Shown here piece after piece: positions 40,674 through 50,711 of a stretch of 64,000 bases of DNA. Made by a program: the position numbers and the translations under genes. The first letter of the stretch is position 1. The number at the start of each line of letters is the position of its first letter. The DNA comes from Myxococcota bacterium (lineage in GTDB: Bacteria; Myxococcota_A; SURF-8; G963663525): the NCBI GenBank assembly GCA_963676915.2, contig CAXXVK010000074.1:24270-88269 (forward strand), written 5' to 3'. A model generated the notes under the pieces. It worked only from the letters and a program-made list of their open reading frames with translations, was not told the DNA's origin and searched no databases.

Positions 40674-40889
40674 ATGCAAACCGCCGAACAAGTACTTGAG
40701 ATAATTCGTCGCCTACCGGAAGATGAGCAGAAAAAATTGAAGATGCAATTGGCTATCGAAACGATACACGCGAAGGATTACAAGAGGCGTGCAGAGAAAC
40801 TGCGTTCGCTTCTGGGTAGTGTAGACGTTGGTGCTTTTTCGAATCCTGACCTTGACCGAGAGTCAATCTATACAAGAGACGACGATTGA
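40674..40889 (+). CDS. Putative antitoxin
   Basis: 71 aa, strong RBS AGGAGG, stop overlaps the start of the PIN gene. Confidence 0.7.
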   Translation: MQTAEQVLEIIRRLPEDEQKKLKMQLAIETIHAKDYKRRAEKLRSLLGSVDVGAFSNPDLDRESIYTRDDD

Positions 40890-41317
40890 TCTTTCTTGAC
40901 ACAAATGTCGTTGTTCCATCATTGGCAGCAGAACATCCCAATCATTCACGCGCCAAAAATTTCCTGTTATCCCAGATGGAACAATTAACAGTGTTTTTCA
41001 TCTCTCCACAGGTCGTCGGTGAGACATTCAGGGTTATGACGTCCTCAAAGCAGGTTACAAGGCCGTTTACTCCTGACAAACTTTTGAACATCACGATGAG
41101 CATTCTTGAAGACAGCCCTGTTCGAGTGATTTCTCCTGGCAAACAGGCGATTGAAATCGCTTTGATTGCAGCAGCAAAACATGGAATTCGATCCGCTAAA
41201 ATATTCGACCTTCTTATCTACGGTACTATGCGCGAGCACGGCATTGTTCGCATCGCTACATTCAACGAGAAGGATTTCCGCGACCTTGATGGTATTGAAT
41301 TGGTTTCGATTCCATAA
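40886..41317 (+). CDS. PIN-domain (VapC-like) toxin
   Basis: IFLDTNV, VVGE, IFDLLI, TFNEKDF acidic PIN residues. Confidence 0.88.
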   Translation: MIFLDTNVVVPSLAAEHPNHSRAKNFLLSQMEQLTVFFISPQVVGETFRVMTSSKQVTRPFTPDKLLNITMSILEDSPVRVISPGKQAIEIALIAAAKHGIRSAKIFDLLIYGTMREHGIVRIATFNEKDFRDLDGIELVSIP

Positions 41318-41480
41318 CTTCATTTTCAGCAGTAGCTCGGGCTAATTTCTAGCCCGACACCTTGGAAATGGAAAATTCCTGACGATAAAGCTTAGCAATA
41401 GCGTTAAAGCACGACGTTTCGTAAATGACTTCCCCTTTTCCTATCGTTTTGCACAAAAACACTTCTTGTACGAGGGCAGT

Positions 41481-42137
41481 ATGGCTCCTTTCGATATCGA
41501 CCGCACTATGGATATTCTCCAACGGGTTACATTGCAATGGCAGGAGCCAATCGTTACCCAGATGGTGAAGAAAAAACGCGATCCGTTCAAAGTGTTGATT
41601 TCCACTATGATTTCCCTTCGCACAAAAGATGACGTGACACGCGAATCTTCCAGAAAGCTTTATGCTCTGGCGGATACCCCGGAAGCCATGCTCGAATTAT
41701 CCGAGGAAACCATTGCCCAGGCGATATTTCCGGCCGGATTTTATAAAACGAAGGCGAGGGACATTCTTGCGGCGTCTCGGCGGATCGTCGAGGAGTTCGG
41801 CGGCGAGGTTCCTAAAGATATCGACACGTTGACCACGTTTCGCGGTGTGGGACGGAAAACGGCGAATCTTGTGTTGACGTTGGGTTTCGCGCTACCCGGT
41901 ATTTGCGTAGACACCCACGTCCATCGTATCTGTAATCGCTGGGGATATGTCCGAACGAAAAATCCTGACGAAACGGAACAAAGACTGAGAAAAAAGCTGC
42001 CGAAACCGTATTGGATTCCCATCAACGACCTGCTTGTTACCTATGGGCAGAATCTTTGTGTCCCTGTGTCTCCCTGGTGCTCGAAATGCGAGTTGTCCGA
42101 ACTGTGTCGGAAAGTCGGAGTCACCAAACGGCGCTAA
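41481..42137 (+). CDS. nth: Endonuclease III
   Basis: DPFKVLISTMISLRTKD, GVGRKTANLVL (HhH), VDTHVHRI, CVPVSPWCSKCELSELC 4Fe-4S motif. Confidence 0.93.
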   Translation: MAPFDIDRTMDILQRVTLQWQEPIVTQMVKKKRDPFKVLISTMISLRTKDDVTRESSRKLYALADTPEAMLELSEETIAQAIFPAGFYKTKARDILAASRRIVEEFGGEVPKDIDTLTTFRGVGRKTANLVLTLGFALPGICVDTHVHRICNRWGYVRTKNPDETEQRLRKKLPKPYWIPINDLLVTYGQNLCVPVSPWCSKCELSELCRKVGVTKRR

Positions 42138-42345
42138 TCACGTAACCCCTTGAAGTAAAACTGAATATTTCATGATTCGTGGTTCGTTTTTCCGGCTGAA
42201 ATCAAGGGATACAAAGCGCGAAATTCTCACGATAGACATTCGGAAAAATCGGGATTTGCCTTTGTTCGCGCTCTCCACTACATTCCTTTCTCCAATGTAA
42301 TTTTTACCGGGGAATCTCCCGGAGCGATTTTTAATGGGAGCACGA

Positions 42346-44619
42346 ATGAACGCGGATTATCTCAACGATTTGAATCCCCCTCAACGGGAAGCCGTCGAGC
42401 ACGGCGACGGTCCTTTGCTGGTGCTGGCAGGTGCCGGGTCGGGAAAAACCCGAGTCATTACCTATCGTATCGCGCATCTGATTCACGAGATGGGCATAAA
42501 GCCCTGGAACATCCTCGCCGTGACGTTCACCAACAAAGCGGCGGGAGAGATGAAACAGCGTGTTAACCAATTGTTGGACGACGCCGGAGCGATGGTGCAC
42601 CTCGGCACGTTTCACAGCATCGGAGCGCGTTTCCTGCGCCAGCACGTTTCGTTGATCGGCTACGACCGGAATTTTACGATATACGATGGGAACGACCAGG
42701 TTTCGTTGATGAAAACGATTCTCAAACGTTTGGGATATGACCGCACGTCCATCGCTCCCCGGCAGATGCTTGGGGCGATCAGCAGTTTGAAACAGAAGAT
42801 GGAAGGACCGGAAACCCTGGCCGACTGGAAAGGCTTCGATCCTTTCAAAAAAGCGCTGACACTGGCGTATCCTGCGTATCAAGAGTCGTTGAAAAGAAAC
42901 AACGCCGTGGATTTCGACGATCTTCTGGTGTTGCCTGTGCGGCTACTTCAGGAGTTCCCGGAACTTCGGAATCAATACAATGACCGCTGGCGTTACCTGC
43001 TGGTCGATGAATATCAGGATACCAACCTTGTCCAGTATAAGTGGTTGAAATTATTGACATCGAACCATGACAATATCTGTGTGGTGGGCGATGACGACCA
43101 GGCCATTTATCGTTGGCGTGGGGCGGATGTACGGAACATTTTGCAGTTCGAGCGGGATTTTCCTGGAACCCAGGTTGTGAAACTGGAGCGGAACTACCGA
43201 TCCACGGGGCATATTCTCGAAACGGCGCATCAGGTCGTAACCAAAGTAAAAGGCCGTAAAGAGAAAAAACTGTGGACCGAGGCCGAAAAAGGTGACAAAC
43301 CGGTTGTTTTTCAAGCTCCAACCGAGCGGCGCGAAGCGATCTGGGTCGTCGAACATCTTCGGAAAATGATGCGAGAGCATGGATATCAACGTTCCGATTG
43401 TGCCGTTTTCTATCGTACCAATGCACAGTCTCGCGTTTTGGAAGAGCAGTTCCGAGCCAACGGAATTCCTTATACGATCGTGGGGGGCGTGCGGTTTTAC
43501 GAGCGCAAGGAGATCAAGGACGCACTGGCGTATTTGCGCATTCTGCTGAACCCAGCAGACGATATCAGCGCCTTGCGGATCATCAACGTTCCTCCGAGAG
43601 GCATCGGGAAAATCACCATCGAGAAAATCCAGCAAGCCGCTGTCGACGAGGGCATACCGTTTCTCGATGCTGTGGTGAACGAAGCGAAAGAGCCGCGTAG
43701 CATCGGACGAAATTCGGCGACACGCCTGCAACGGTTCGTGGAATTGTATGCCGGGTTGCTGGAAGCCTCCAAAACCTTGCCACTGGACGAGTTGTTGAAA
43801 AAAGTGCTGGACGACAGCGGATACTGGGACATGCTGTCCAAAGACGGCAGCGAAGAAGCCCAGGACCGTTCCACCAACCTTGCGGAATTGATCAACGAAG
43901 TGGCGGAATTCGTCGTCTCGCACGAGGAAGAAGAAGCGTCGCTCGACGCCTTCCTGGAGCGCGTCTCGCTCGTCAGCGATCTCGACGATCTGGATGAAAA
44001 AGAGGATCGTGTCCCCCTGATGACCTTGCATTCGGCCAAAGGTCTGGAGTTCAACGTCGTCTTTCTCACGGGGTTGGAGCAGGATATTCTGCCGCATTCC
44101 CGTGCGTTGGATGATGAAGGCGGCATGGACGAGGAACGCCGCTTGTGCTACGTCGGGATGACACGCGCCCGGCAGCGACTCTTTCTGACGCTGGCGTCGA
44201 GTCGGATGGTGTTCGGTTCCACGCGAACGTCGGAGCCATCGGATTTCCTTAAAGACATCGAACCGGACCTGCTCGACGTGCAGACACCGAAACCGCCTCG
44301 TTCGCGGCTCAAAGGCATGAGCTTCGAGGAATTCACTCAAAGCACCGGAGGATATGCAAAAGCCAAAGCACCCAAAGGAACGCAAGCTCCGCGCAAAGCT
44401 TTAACCAGTGCCGAACCGGATTTCGAAGAGGTTTTCGACGCCGATTCCGGGGAAATACTGGCTCAGTTTCGTCCTGGTGTGAAAGTGTTTCATCGGAGCT
44501 TCGGTGTAGGAAAAATCGTGCAGGTCGAGGGTGCGGGACAATCGGCGAAATGTACCGTTGTGTTTCCCGGAACGCCGATGAAAAAAATCGTCGCCAAATT
44601 CCTGCAAGTCATTTCGTAA
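42346..44619 (+). CDS. uvrD: UvrD/PcrA DNA helicase
   Basis: AGAGSGKT, TFTNKAA, VDEYQDTN, VGDDDQAIY, LHSAKGLEF, EERRLCYVGMTRA, C-terminal Tudor-like domain. Confidence 0.95.
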   Translation: MNADYLNDLNPPQREAVEHGDGPLLVLAGAGSGKTRVITYRIAHLIHEMGIKPWNILAVTFTNKAAGEMKQRVNQLLDDAGAMVHLGTFHSIGARFLRQHVSLIGYDRNFTIYDGNDQVSLMKTILKRLGYDRTSIAPRQMLGAISSLKQKMEGPETLADWKGFDPFKKALTLAYPAYQESLKRNNAVDFDDLLVLPVRLLQEFPELRNQYNDRWRYLLVDEYQDTNLVQYKWLKLLTSNHDNICVVGDDDQAIYRWRGADVRNILQFERDFPGTQVVKLERNYRSTGHILETAHQVVTKVKGRKEKKLWTEAEKGDKPVVFQAPTERREAIWVVEHLRKMMREHGYQRSDCAVFYRTNAQSRVLEEQFRANGIPYTIVGGVRFYERKEIKDALAYLRILLNPADDISALRIINVPPRGIGKITIEKIQQAAVDEGIPFLDAVVNEAKEPRSIGRNSATRLQRFVELYAGLLEASKTLPLDELLKKVLDDSGYWDMLSKDGSEEAQDRSTNLAELINEVAEFVVSHEEEEASLDAFLERVSLVSDLDDLDEKEDRVPLMTLHSAKGLEFNVVFLTGLEQDILPHSRALDDEGGMDEERRLCYVGMTRARQRLFLTLASSRMVFGSTRTSEPSDFLKDIEPDLLDVQTPKPPRSRLKGMSFEEFTQSTGGYAKAKAPKGTQAPRKALTSAEPDFEEVFDADSGEILAQFRPGVKVFHRSFGVGKIVQVEGAGQSAKCTVVFPGTPMKKIVAKFLQVIS

Positions 44620-44876
44620 AAAACGGCTTTATTTCCAAAAAATGTTGCTGCTTGGGTAGGTCGGGTGATTTCACCCGACATTTTTCGAAAGCGCCCCTCT
44701 TGTCGGATAAAATTATCCGAACTACTAAAATTTGCTACGAAAAGGGAAAACGAACGAAAAATCGTCCTGTGTGGCGGTTTATTCGGAAGGTTGGAACAAA
44801 CAAAAAAACCCGCGAAGGCGCAAGCGCCTCGCAGGGAAGATTTCATAAGGTATCGGAAGGGAATAAGGAGGGAGAA

Positions 44877-45095
44877 TCAGCCCCGGCGCATGTTTTTGCG
44901 GCGGCGGCGCTCCGCTTCTTCCCGTTTGCGTTTTTTCTTCACCGACGGTTTTTCATAGAAGCGACGCTTCTTCATTTCTTTGAAAACACCTTCTTGCGCC
45001 ATTTTCTTTTTTAACACGCGAATGGCCTTCTCAAGATCCTCGAAAACTTTGACTTCCAGAGAATGAGGACCGTGGTAGCGTTCGTTTTTTTGCAT
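44877..45095 (-). CDS. rpsU: 30S ribosomal protein S21
   Basis: [29 protein letters not shown]. Confidence 0.95.
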   Translation of the reverse strand: MQKNERYHGPHSLEVKVFEDLEKAIRVLKKKMAQEGVFKEMKKRRFYEKPSVKKKRKREEAERRRRKNMRRG

Positions 45096-45251
45096 CTCTC
45101 TCCCGTTCTGCTATGATGCAGGTGTGTATGATGACGATGAACACCACACCCAAGTAGAAAATTGAGATCCAATACCTTGAATCGAAACAATAAATACTCA
45201 AAAAACGTCCCGTCGAGCAAGAATCTTTCGGCGAAATATAGCCGCGCCCGA

Positions 45252-46256
45252 ATGGGGTTGGGGGCGTATATTGTCAAAGCGCTTGGCTTTTGTCAAGTTC
45301 TATTATTACTTGCATGCAGTTCATGGGACGTCGAGTCCGGGGAAAAGCTGGAACACGGCTTTCGACTGACGCAAGGAGACGGGGAAGACGGGCAGTTTTC
45401 ATTCCATCCCCGCTTGAGAAAAGCCGTATTCGTTCGTCAACTCGATGAATCCAAAACATCTCAAGATGGCTCATCCAGGGCTTATCAGAGAGAAATTTGG
45501 GAGATTTTGCTGGACGATCCCGAGAAACCGAAGATGAGGGAAGTCGTCCCATTGCGGGGAGCGTTTTATCCTTCGTATGCTGGCGATTCGGGAATCGTTG
45601 CTTTAAATGAGCGATCCATGCTTGTTCATCTGAAAACGGGTGAGGAGATGACCAGCCGGATTCGCTTGGAAGGTCTGGCAGGTGTTCCTTCGCGTCCGAG
45701 TGCCGACCCGACGGGCCATTGGGTGTTGTTTTTCGCATTGACCGTGGATCCCGACCATCCGAGTCGGCAGGATCTGAAAACCTATCAATTATACGTCGTG
45801 CCGATCAAAGGCGGTCGTGTACGGCAGATGACGACGTATGATGAAGAAAGCAAAGTGATCGAGCAGGCGTATTGGCGAACCTCGGATACATTACACGTTG
45901 TATATCGCCTGGACGATAGCCGTGGGCGCACGATGTACCGTGTGGAACGCTTGAATATTCATAATGGGGACCAGAGATTGGCCTTGTTTACAGATTTTCA
46001 CTACAAGGTCTTCTTGGCACCGTCCGAACGATTTTTCGTGACGGGAGGCAACGAGATGAGCCGCTTGAGTTTTCTTAGCCGCAATACGGAAGTTTCCAAG
46101 GGATATGAGCTTGGGGGACTGTTGAGCGAAGCTTTGATTACTCCGGACGAAAAGTGGGTTCTAGCGTCGCATGTCTTCAAGCCGGATGGAACCGTTAGTC
46201 TTCATTATTTACCGGTGCCTGAAGTCATCGATGAATTGGCTGCCGTGCCGGAATGA
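45252..46256 (+). CDS. Hypothetical lipoprotein, possible TolB-like beta-propeller
   Basis: Lipobox LLAC; PD40-like segments (FSFHP, FYPSY, PSADPTG, QLYVVPIKGGRVRQMT, TPDEKW); start uncertain. Confidence 0.6.
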   Translation: MGLGAYIVKALGFCQVLLLLACSSWDVESGEKLEHGFRLTQGDGEDGQFSFHPRLRKAVFVRQLDESKTSQDGSSRAYQREIWEILLDDPEKPKMREVVPLRGAFYPSYAGDSGIVALNERSMLVHLKTGEEMTSRIRLEGLAGVPSRPSADPTGHWVLFFALTVDPDHPSRQDLKTYQLYVVPIKGGRVRQMTTYDEESKVIEQAYWRTSDTLHVVYRLDDSRGRTMYRVERLNIHNGDQRLALFTDFHYKVFLAPSERFFVTGGNEMSRLSFLSRNTEVSKGYELGGLLSEALITPDEKWVLASHVFKPDGTVSLHYLPVPEVIDELAAVPE

Positions 46257-46451
46257 CAAACTTGTGTATGATTTCGTTCTACAGCCGAGGGAGGCGAATT
46301 TCTCTGTTGCCGCCTAAACAAAGCTTTTGTAATCGTCAATAATTCAAGACGGTTACGAATTCTATGGTTTTTTCTTGTATTTCGGGCCGGGTTTTTGCTA
46401 AGTATGTCCTCACGAAACGCGGACAGTTCACTTTGCAAAAGGTGGGCACGA

Positions 46452-46528
46452 TGCGGGGTGGAGCAGTCTGGTAGCTCGTCGGACTCATGATCCGAAGGTC
46501 GCAGGTTCGAATCCTGTCCCCGCTACCA
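46452..46528 (+). tRNA. tRNA-Met(CAT), initiator-type, with atypical anticodon stem
   Basis: 77-nt cloverleaf TGCGGGG..GAGC..GCTC..TCGGA CTCATGA TCCGA..GCAGG TTCGAAT CCTGT CCCCGCT A CCA; 1:72 mismatch, A11:U24. Confidence 0.95.
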
Positions 46529-46540
46529 ATCAAGTCCGTA

Positions 46541-46578
46541 GAAAACGGCGGGTACCAAGCCCGCCGTTTTCTTTTTAT
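46541..46578 (+). terminator. Intrinsic terminator after the tRNA
   Basis: AAAACGGCGGG-TACCAAG-CCCGCCGTTTT then a T-rich tail. Confidence 0.85.
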
Positions 46579-46726
46579 CTTTTCTTCATTTCTATTCAAA
46601 ACTCCACAAAAAGCAGAAATTTCAGGCAATGTTCTCTTGAAATGCCGCTATTCCGAATAATTATTAATAATTTTGCAAATCATCACTGGCTGATGCTGCA
46701 CAGAGGGTCTAGAAAAAACCGTCGGA

Positions 46727-46849
46727 CTTGACAGCCTGAAAAAGCGACTTATATTTAGAATCTATACCTTCATATCTATCTGATAATACTCATAAAAATC
46801 CAGAAAAAAATTTCATGCAGGGTTGACGAAACGTTGGACCGACTTATTT
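46727..46849 (+). promoter_or_regulatory. Two tandem promoter-like motifs upstream of hsp20
   Basis: CTTGAC..CGACTTATAT (46727-46754) and GTTGAC..CGACTTATTT (46822-46849) with identical spacing. Confidence 0.55.
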
Positions 46850-46933
46850 TTCAACCGTTGATAATGAATGACGGCTGATGCAATTCATCAGTCGATAACG
46901 CCGAAAGGCAGACTTTCAATAAGGAGGTGGATC

Positions 46934-47368
46934 ATGTTGGTACGATGGAATCCGATTTCGGAGTTGGAGCGTTTTCGTCGGGACATGGATCGTCTGTTCG
47001 ATACCCGGAACACGACCGAGGACGGTGAAAGCATCGCGAACTGGACGCCGCGTGTCGATATCGTCGAGGCCGAAAAAGCCTACGAAGTGACGGTGGATCT
47101 TCCCGGTGTGGATGCCAAAGACGTTTCGATCGACGTGGAAAACAAAATCTTGACCGTTTCCGGCAAACGCGAAGGCGACAAAGTGGAAGAAAGCAAGACC
47201 TACCGGCGACGCGAGCGGATTTTCGGTCTGTTTACCCGCAACTTCACGCTGCCCGAACACGTCGATGCCGAAAACATCAAGGCAAGCTACAACAATGGCG
47301 TTCTCAAGCTCAACGTGCCGAAGAAGGAAGAAGTGCTCCCGCGCAAAATCCAGATCGAAGTGAACTGA
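46934..47368 (+). CDS. Small heat shock protein (Hsp20/alpha-crystallin)
   Basis: RBS AAGGAGGT; WTPRVDIVE, DLPGV, RERIFGLFTRNFTLP, ASYNNGVL. Confidence 0.95.
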   Translation: MLVRWNPISELERFRRDMDRLFDTRNTTEDGESIANWTPRVDIVEAEKAYEVTVDLPGVDAKDVSIDVENKILTVSGKREGDKVEESKTYRRRERIFGLFTRNFTLPEHVDAENIKASYNNGVLKLNVPKKEEVLPRKIQIEVN

Positions 47369-47447
47369 TATTGAAACTTCAACCGGTTCTTCACGGTTCG
47401 GTTACGTGAGTCATGCCCGGCGCTGATGCGTCCCGCGTGAAAAGGCA

Positions 47448-47543
47448 AACGGTCGGTTAGAAATAGCCGACCGTTCGCTTTTGTTCTGTTGACTCAATTT
47501 CGATTTTTTCCTCCCAAAAGAAAACCCCGCCTAAAAGCGGGGT
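47448..47543. terminator. Convergent terminators for hsp20 (+) and the RND operon (-)
   Basis: AACGGTCGGTTA/TAGCCGACCGTT hairpin (47448-47475) and ACCCCGC/GCGGGGT hairpin (47524-47543) with an adjacent A run. Confidence 0.7.
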
Positions 47544-47573
47544 GAAGCGTAAGCATGTAAGCGTTAGAAATTA

Positions 47574-50500
47574 TTAGAGTTTGTTCAGTTCTTCCGCTAT
47601 GGCATCATCCGTTTTGCGTGTGAAACGTTGCATCAGCGAGAAAATCACCGGGACGACGAACAGCGTGACGCAGGTGGAAAACACCAGACCGCCGATAACG
47701 GCATACCCCATGGAGTGCTTCATTTCCGCAGCATTGGCTCTGGAGAGGACCAGTGGCATCATACCGACCATCGTGCCTCCGGCGGTCATCAGAATGGGAC
47801 GTAAGCGGACTCTGCTGGATTCTACCAGCGCTTCGAAGACTTCCGAGCCGCCACGAATCAGTTGCAAAGCGTAATCGACCAGTAGAATCGAGTTTTTTGT
47901 CACGATGCCCATGAGCATGATGATACCGATAAAGCTCATCATGGAGAACGTTTGATTGAATATGAATAGGCTTCCGATGGCTCCGGTCAGTGCGAAGGGT
48001 AGGGCGGACATGATCGTGAACGGATGGATGTAGGAGTTGAACTGCGAAGCTAACACGATATAGATCAGGAAGATGGCGGCCGCCAACGCTCCCAGCAGGT
48101 CACCGAAAGATTTTTGCATGTTTTCGATATCACCCGCCATTTTCAATTCCACGCCGGGAGGGAAGTTGTCTTGGGCGAATTGCGCCATTTTGGGTGCCTG
48201 GGTTCCGATATCGTAGCCTTGGTTCAATCCGGAGATGATACCGATCTTACGTACACGATCCAGTCGGTTGATTTGAACGAGTTTCGTTCCATACGTGATA
48301 TCCGCAACATCCGAGAGTTTGACGGTCGTTCCCTTTGAAGACATCAAGGGAATGTTGCGGATGTTGTCGAGTGTCTGGTAAGGATCGTCCACGTATACTC
48401 GAATTTCGATTTCTTCGCCGGTTTCATCCATGATTCCACTGATTTTTTTACCGTCGATCAAAGAACGCATCGTAATGGCCGTTTCAGCGGGATTGACACC
48501 GAGATCCACCATTTTCTGGTGGTTGAAGTTCACACGGACATCTTTTTTAAAGCCTTTGTCCGTACTTGCAATATCCGTGAAACCGCCGTCTTGTTCCATG
48601 AATCGTACGAGTTGTTCGGCGGCACGGGAAAGCTTGGAAAAGTCATTGCCTACAACGTTGACCTGTACCGGTGAGGTTTCCATCCCTTCGGCTTTGGCGA
48701 ATTTTACGGACAATTTGGCCTGGTGCCGAATTGCGATGGGGCTCAAGCTTTCACGGACCTGATCCATAGCATCTTTCTGGTTGATGGTTCTCGTTTCTTT
48801 GGGCGTCATCATCACACGCATGGAGATAAGGTTCTTTTCCTTTTTCGTGCCACCACCCATGGTCGAGAAAACAAAGGATTCCCATTCGAATTCGTGCAGA
48901 ACTTCCGTAATTTCTCGGGTTACGGCTTTCGAGTGATCCAGCGAACTGACGTTTGGCAGTTCCACTGTTACGTCGAATTCGCCACGGTCGATATCAGGAA
49001 AAAATGCCGTAGGTAGCTTGCCTGCAAGAGACATTCCTCCCACAAAAAGTAGGATTGCGGTCAGGAGGGTGAGAAATCGATGTCTTAGTGCCCACGTTAC
49101 CGCCTTGGCATAGCCGTTTTCGAGGCCCATAAGAAATTTGTCCATGATCCGATAAAAGATGAAATCTTTTGGTTCTTCTTTCAGGATAACGGAAGCGAGA
49201 AGCGGAGATACGGTGAAACTGACCGTTACGGAGATCATAATTGCCGCCACGACGGTCAAACCGAATTCCTTGAAAACGTTACCTACAATGCCATGCAGTG
49301 CGACGGTAGGGCCGAACACGCAGACCAACGCCATTTCCGCACTGATGACGGCGAGACCGACTTCCTGCACCGCGTCGATGGCGGCTTTGATTTTGGTTTT
49401 TCCCTGTTTAACGTGACGGAAAATCGCCTCGATGACCACGATGGCGTCATCGGTAAGGATTCCGACGGAGAGCGAGAGAGCCATCGTTGTCATGAGGTTC
49501 AACGAGAAACCGGCGACCTTGACGAAAACGAAGGTTCCGATAATCGATGTCGGCAGCGATACGGCGATGATGACTGCCGCTCGCTTGTTCATCAAGAAAC
49601 TGAAGATGATGAGCATGGCGAGAATCGCGCCCATGAAAATATCGTCGATTGAGCTGGACACGGCCACCTTCGTAAACGGTGACTGATCACCCGAAATCTC
49701 AACTTCATAGCCTTCCGGCAATTGTTTTTTGACGTCTTCAAGGACTTTGAAAACATCTTCGGACATTTGAACCAGATTGACAGAACCCTGTTTCTTGACT
49801 TTCAAGGCGACGGCTGGTGTCAGGTTCAGCATGGAAGCGCTTTCTTCTTCTTCCAATCCGTCCTCGACACGGGCGATATCTTTGACTCGGATGGTTCCAT
49901 CCGCGAGATTCAACAAAGGAAGTTCCCGCAATTCTTCGACGGTTTCAACCTCACCGAAGCCGTTAACGGTCACTTCTTCCGATTCGTGGTTCAGTTTGAT
50001 GGTGCCTGCCGGAACTTCTATGGACGATGAACCCATCAAATTCAGCACGGCAAGGGCCGAAAGTCTCAATTGTCCGATTTTCAAGGGGTCCAGCAAGGCA
50101 CGGATTTCTCGTTCCCGACCACCGTAAATATCTACACTACCGACACCTGAGATGGATTGGAGGCGGTTTTTGATCGTTTTGTCCGCAATTCGCGTGACTT
50201 TGCTTAATTTTTCACCGGAAGGAGCCTTGAGAATGACCGTCATCACCGCTTGCGCGTTGATGTCGAACTGTTCGATTTTGGAATCTTCCGCATCTTCGGG
50301 CAGGTCGCTTTCGATAATCGCTACTTTATCTCGAACGTTCTGCGTGGCAAGCGCACCGTTGACGTAATCCTCGAAGGTAATGATCGTAAAGCCGACGTTA
50401 TCGAGTGCGGTACTGTCGATGTGCTTGATATCGCTCAAGGTTCCGATGGAATCCTCGATTTTTTTTACCACGTCTTCTTCGATGGTTTTGGCGTCCGCAC

Positions 50501-50657
50501 CGGGATAGACGGTCGTGACGGTTACCACGGGAATGTCCATGGAGGGAAGCAACTCGACACCGAGAGATTTCATGGACAAGAAACCGAAAATGATCAAAGC
50601 CAAGGTCAGCAAAGAGATCATGACCGGGTTTTTCAAAGACAACTTCGAAAGGAACAT
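47574..50657 (-). CDS. RND efflux permease (AcrB/AcrD/AcrF family)
   Basis: 1027 aa; VYPGADA, GILTDDAIVVIEAI, GIVTKNSILLVD, RLRPILMT. Confidence 0.95.
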   Translation of the reverse strand: MFLSKLSLKNPVMISLLTLALIIFGFLSMKSLGVELLPSMDIPVVTVTTVYPGADAKTIEEDVVKKIEDSIGTLSDIKHIDSTALDNVGFTIITFEDYVNGALATQNVRDKVAIIESDLPEDAEDSKIEQFDINAQAVMTVILKAPSGEKLSKVTRIADKTIKNRLQSISGVGSVDIYGGREREIRALLDPLKIGQLRLSALAVLNLMGSSSIEVPAGTIKLNHESEEVTVNGFGEVETVEELRELPLLNLADGTIRVKDIARVEDGLEEEESASMLNLTPAVALKVKKQGSVNLVQMSEDVFKVLEDVKKQLPEGYEVEISGDQSPFTKVAVSSSIDDIFMGAILAMLIIFSFLMNKRAAVIIAVSLPTSIIGTFVFVKVAGFSLNLMTTMALSLSVGILTDDAIVVIEAIFRHVKQGKTKIKAAIDAVQEVGLAVISAEMALVCVFGPTVALHGIVGNVFKEFGLTVVAAIMISVTVSFTVSPLLASVILKEEPKDFIFYRIMDKFLMGLENGYAKAVTWALRHRFLTLLTAILLFVGGMSLAGKLPTAFFPDIDRGEFDVTVELPNVSSLDHSKAVTREITEVLHEFEWESFVFSTMGGGTKKEKNLISMRVMMTPKETRTINQKDAMDQVRESLSPIAIRHQAKLSVKFAKAEGMETSPVQVNVVGNDFSKLSRAAEQLVRFMEQDGGFTDIASTDKGFKKDVRVNFNHQKMVDLGVNPAETAITMRSLIDGKKISGIMDETGEEIEIRVYVDDPYQTLDNIRNIPLMSSKGTTVKLSDVADITYGTKLVQINRLDRVRKIGIISGLNQGYDIGTQAPKMAQFAQDNFPPGVELKMAGDIENMQKSFGDLLGALAAAIFLIYIVLASQFNSYIHPFTIMSALPFALTGAIGSLFIFNQTFSMMSFIGIIMLMGIVTKNSILLVDYALQLIRGGSEVFEALVESSRVRLRPILMTAGGTMVGMMPLVLSRANAAEMKHSMGYAVIGGLVFSTCVTLFVVPVIFSLMQRFTRKTDDAIAEELNKL

Positions 50658-50711
50658 TGCGACTCCTCGTGAAGATCGTAAATAGAGAGAAACTCAAGGA
50701 AGAAAGGAAAA

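Noticed and set aside
43051-44385. 444-aa minus-strand ORF
   Set aside because: Antisense to uvrD.
45011-45277. His-rich ORF (HRHHTHLHH) upstream of rpsU as a possible leader peptide
   Set aside because: No nearby start or RBS, no attenuator terminator, and no link to His metabolism.
46529-46720. tRNA-Met as an integration site
   Set aside because: No integrase and no duplicate of the tRNA 3' end seen in the window.
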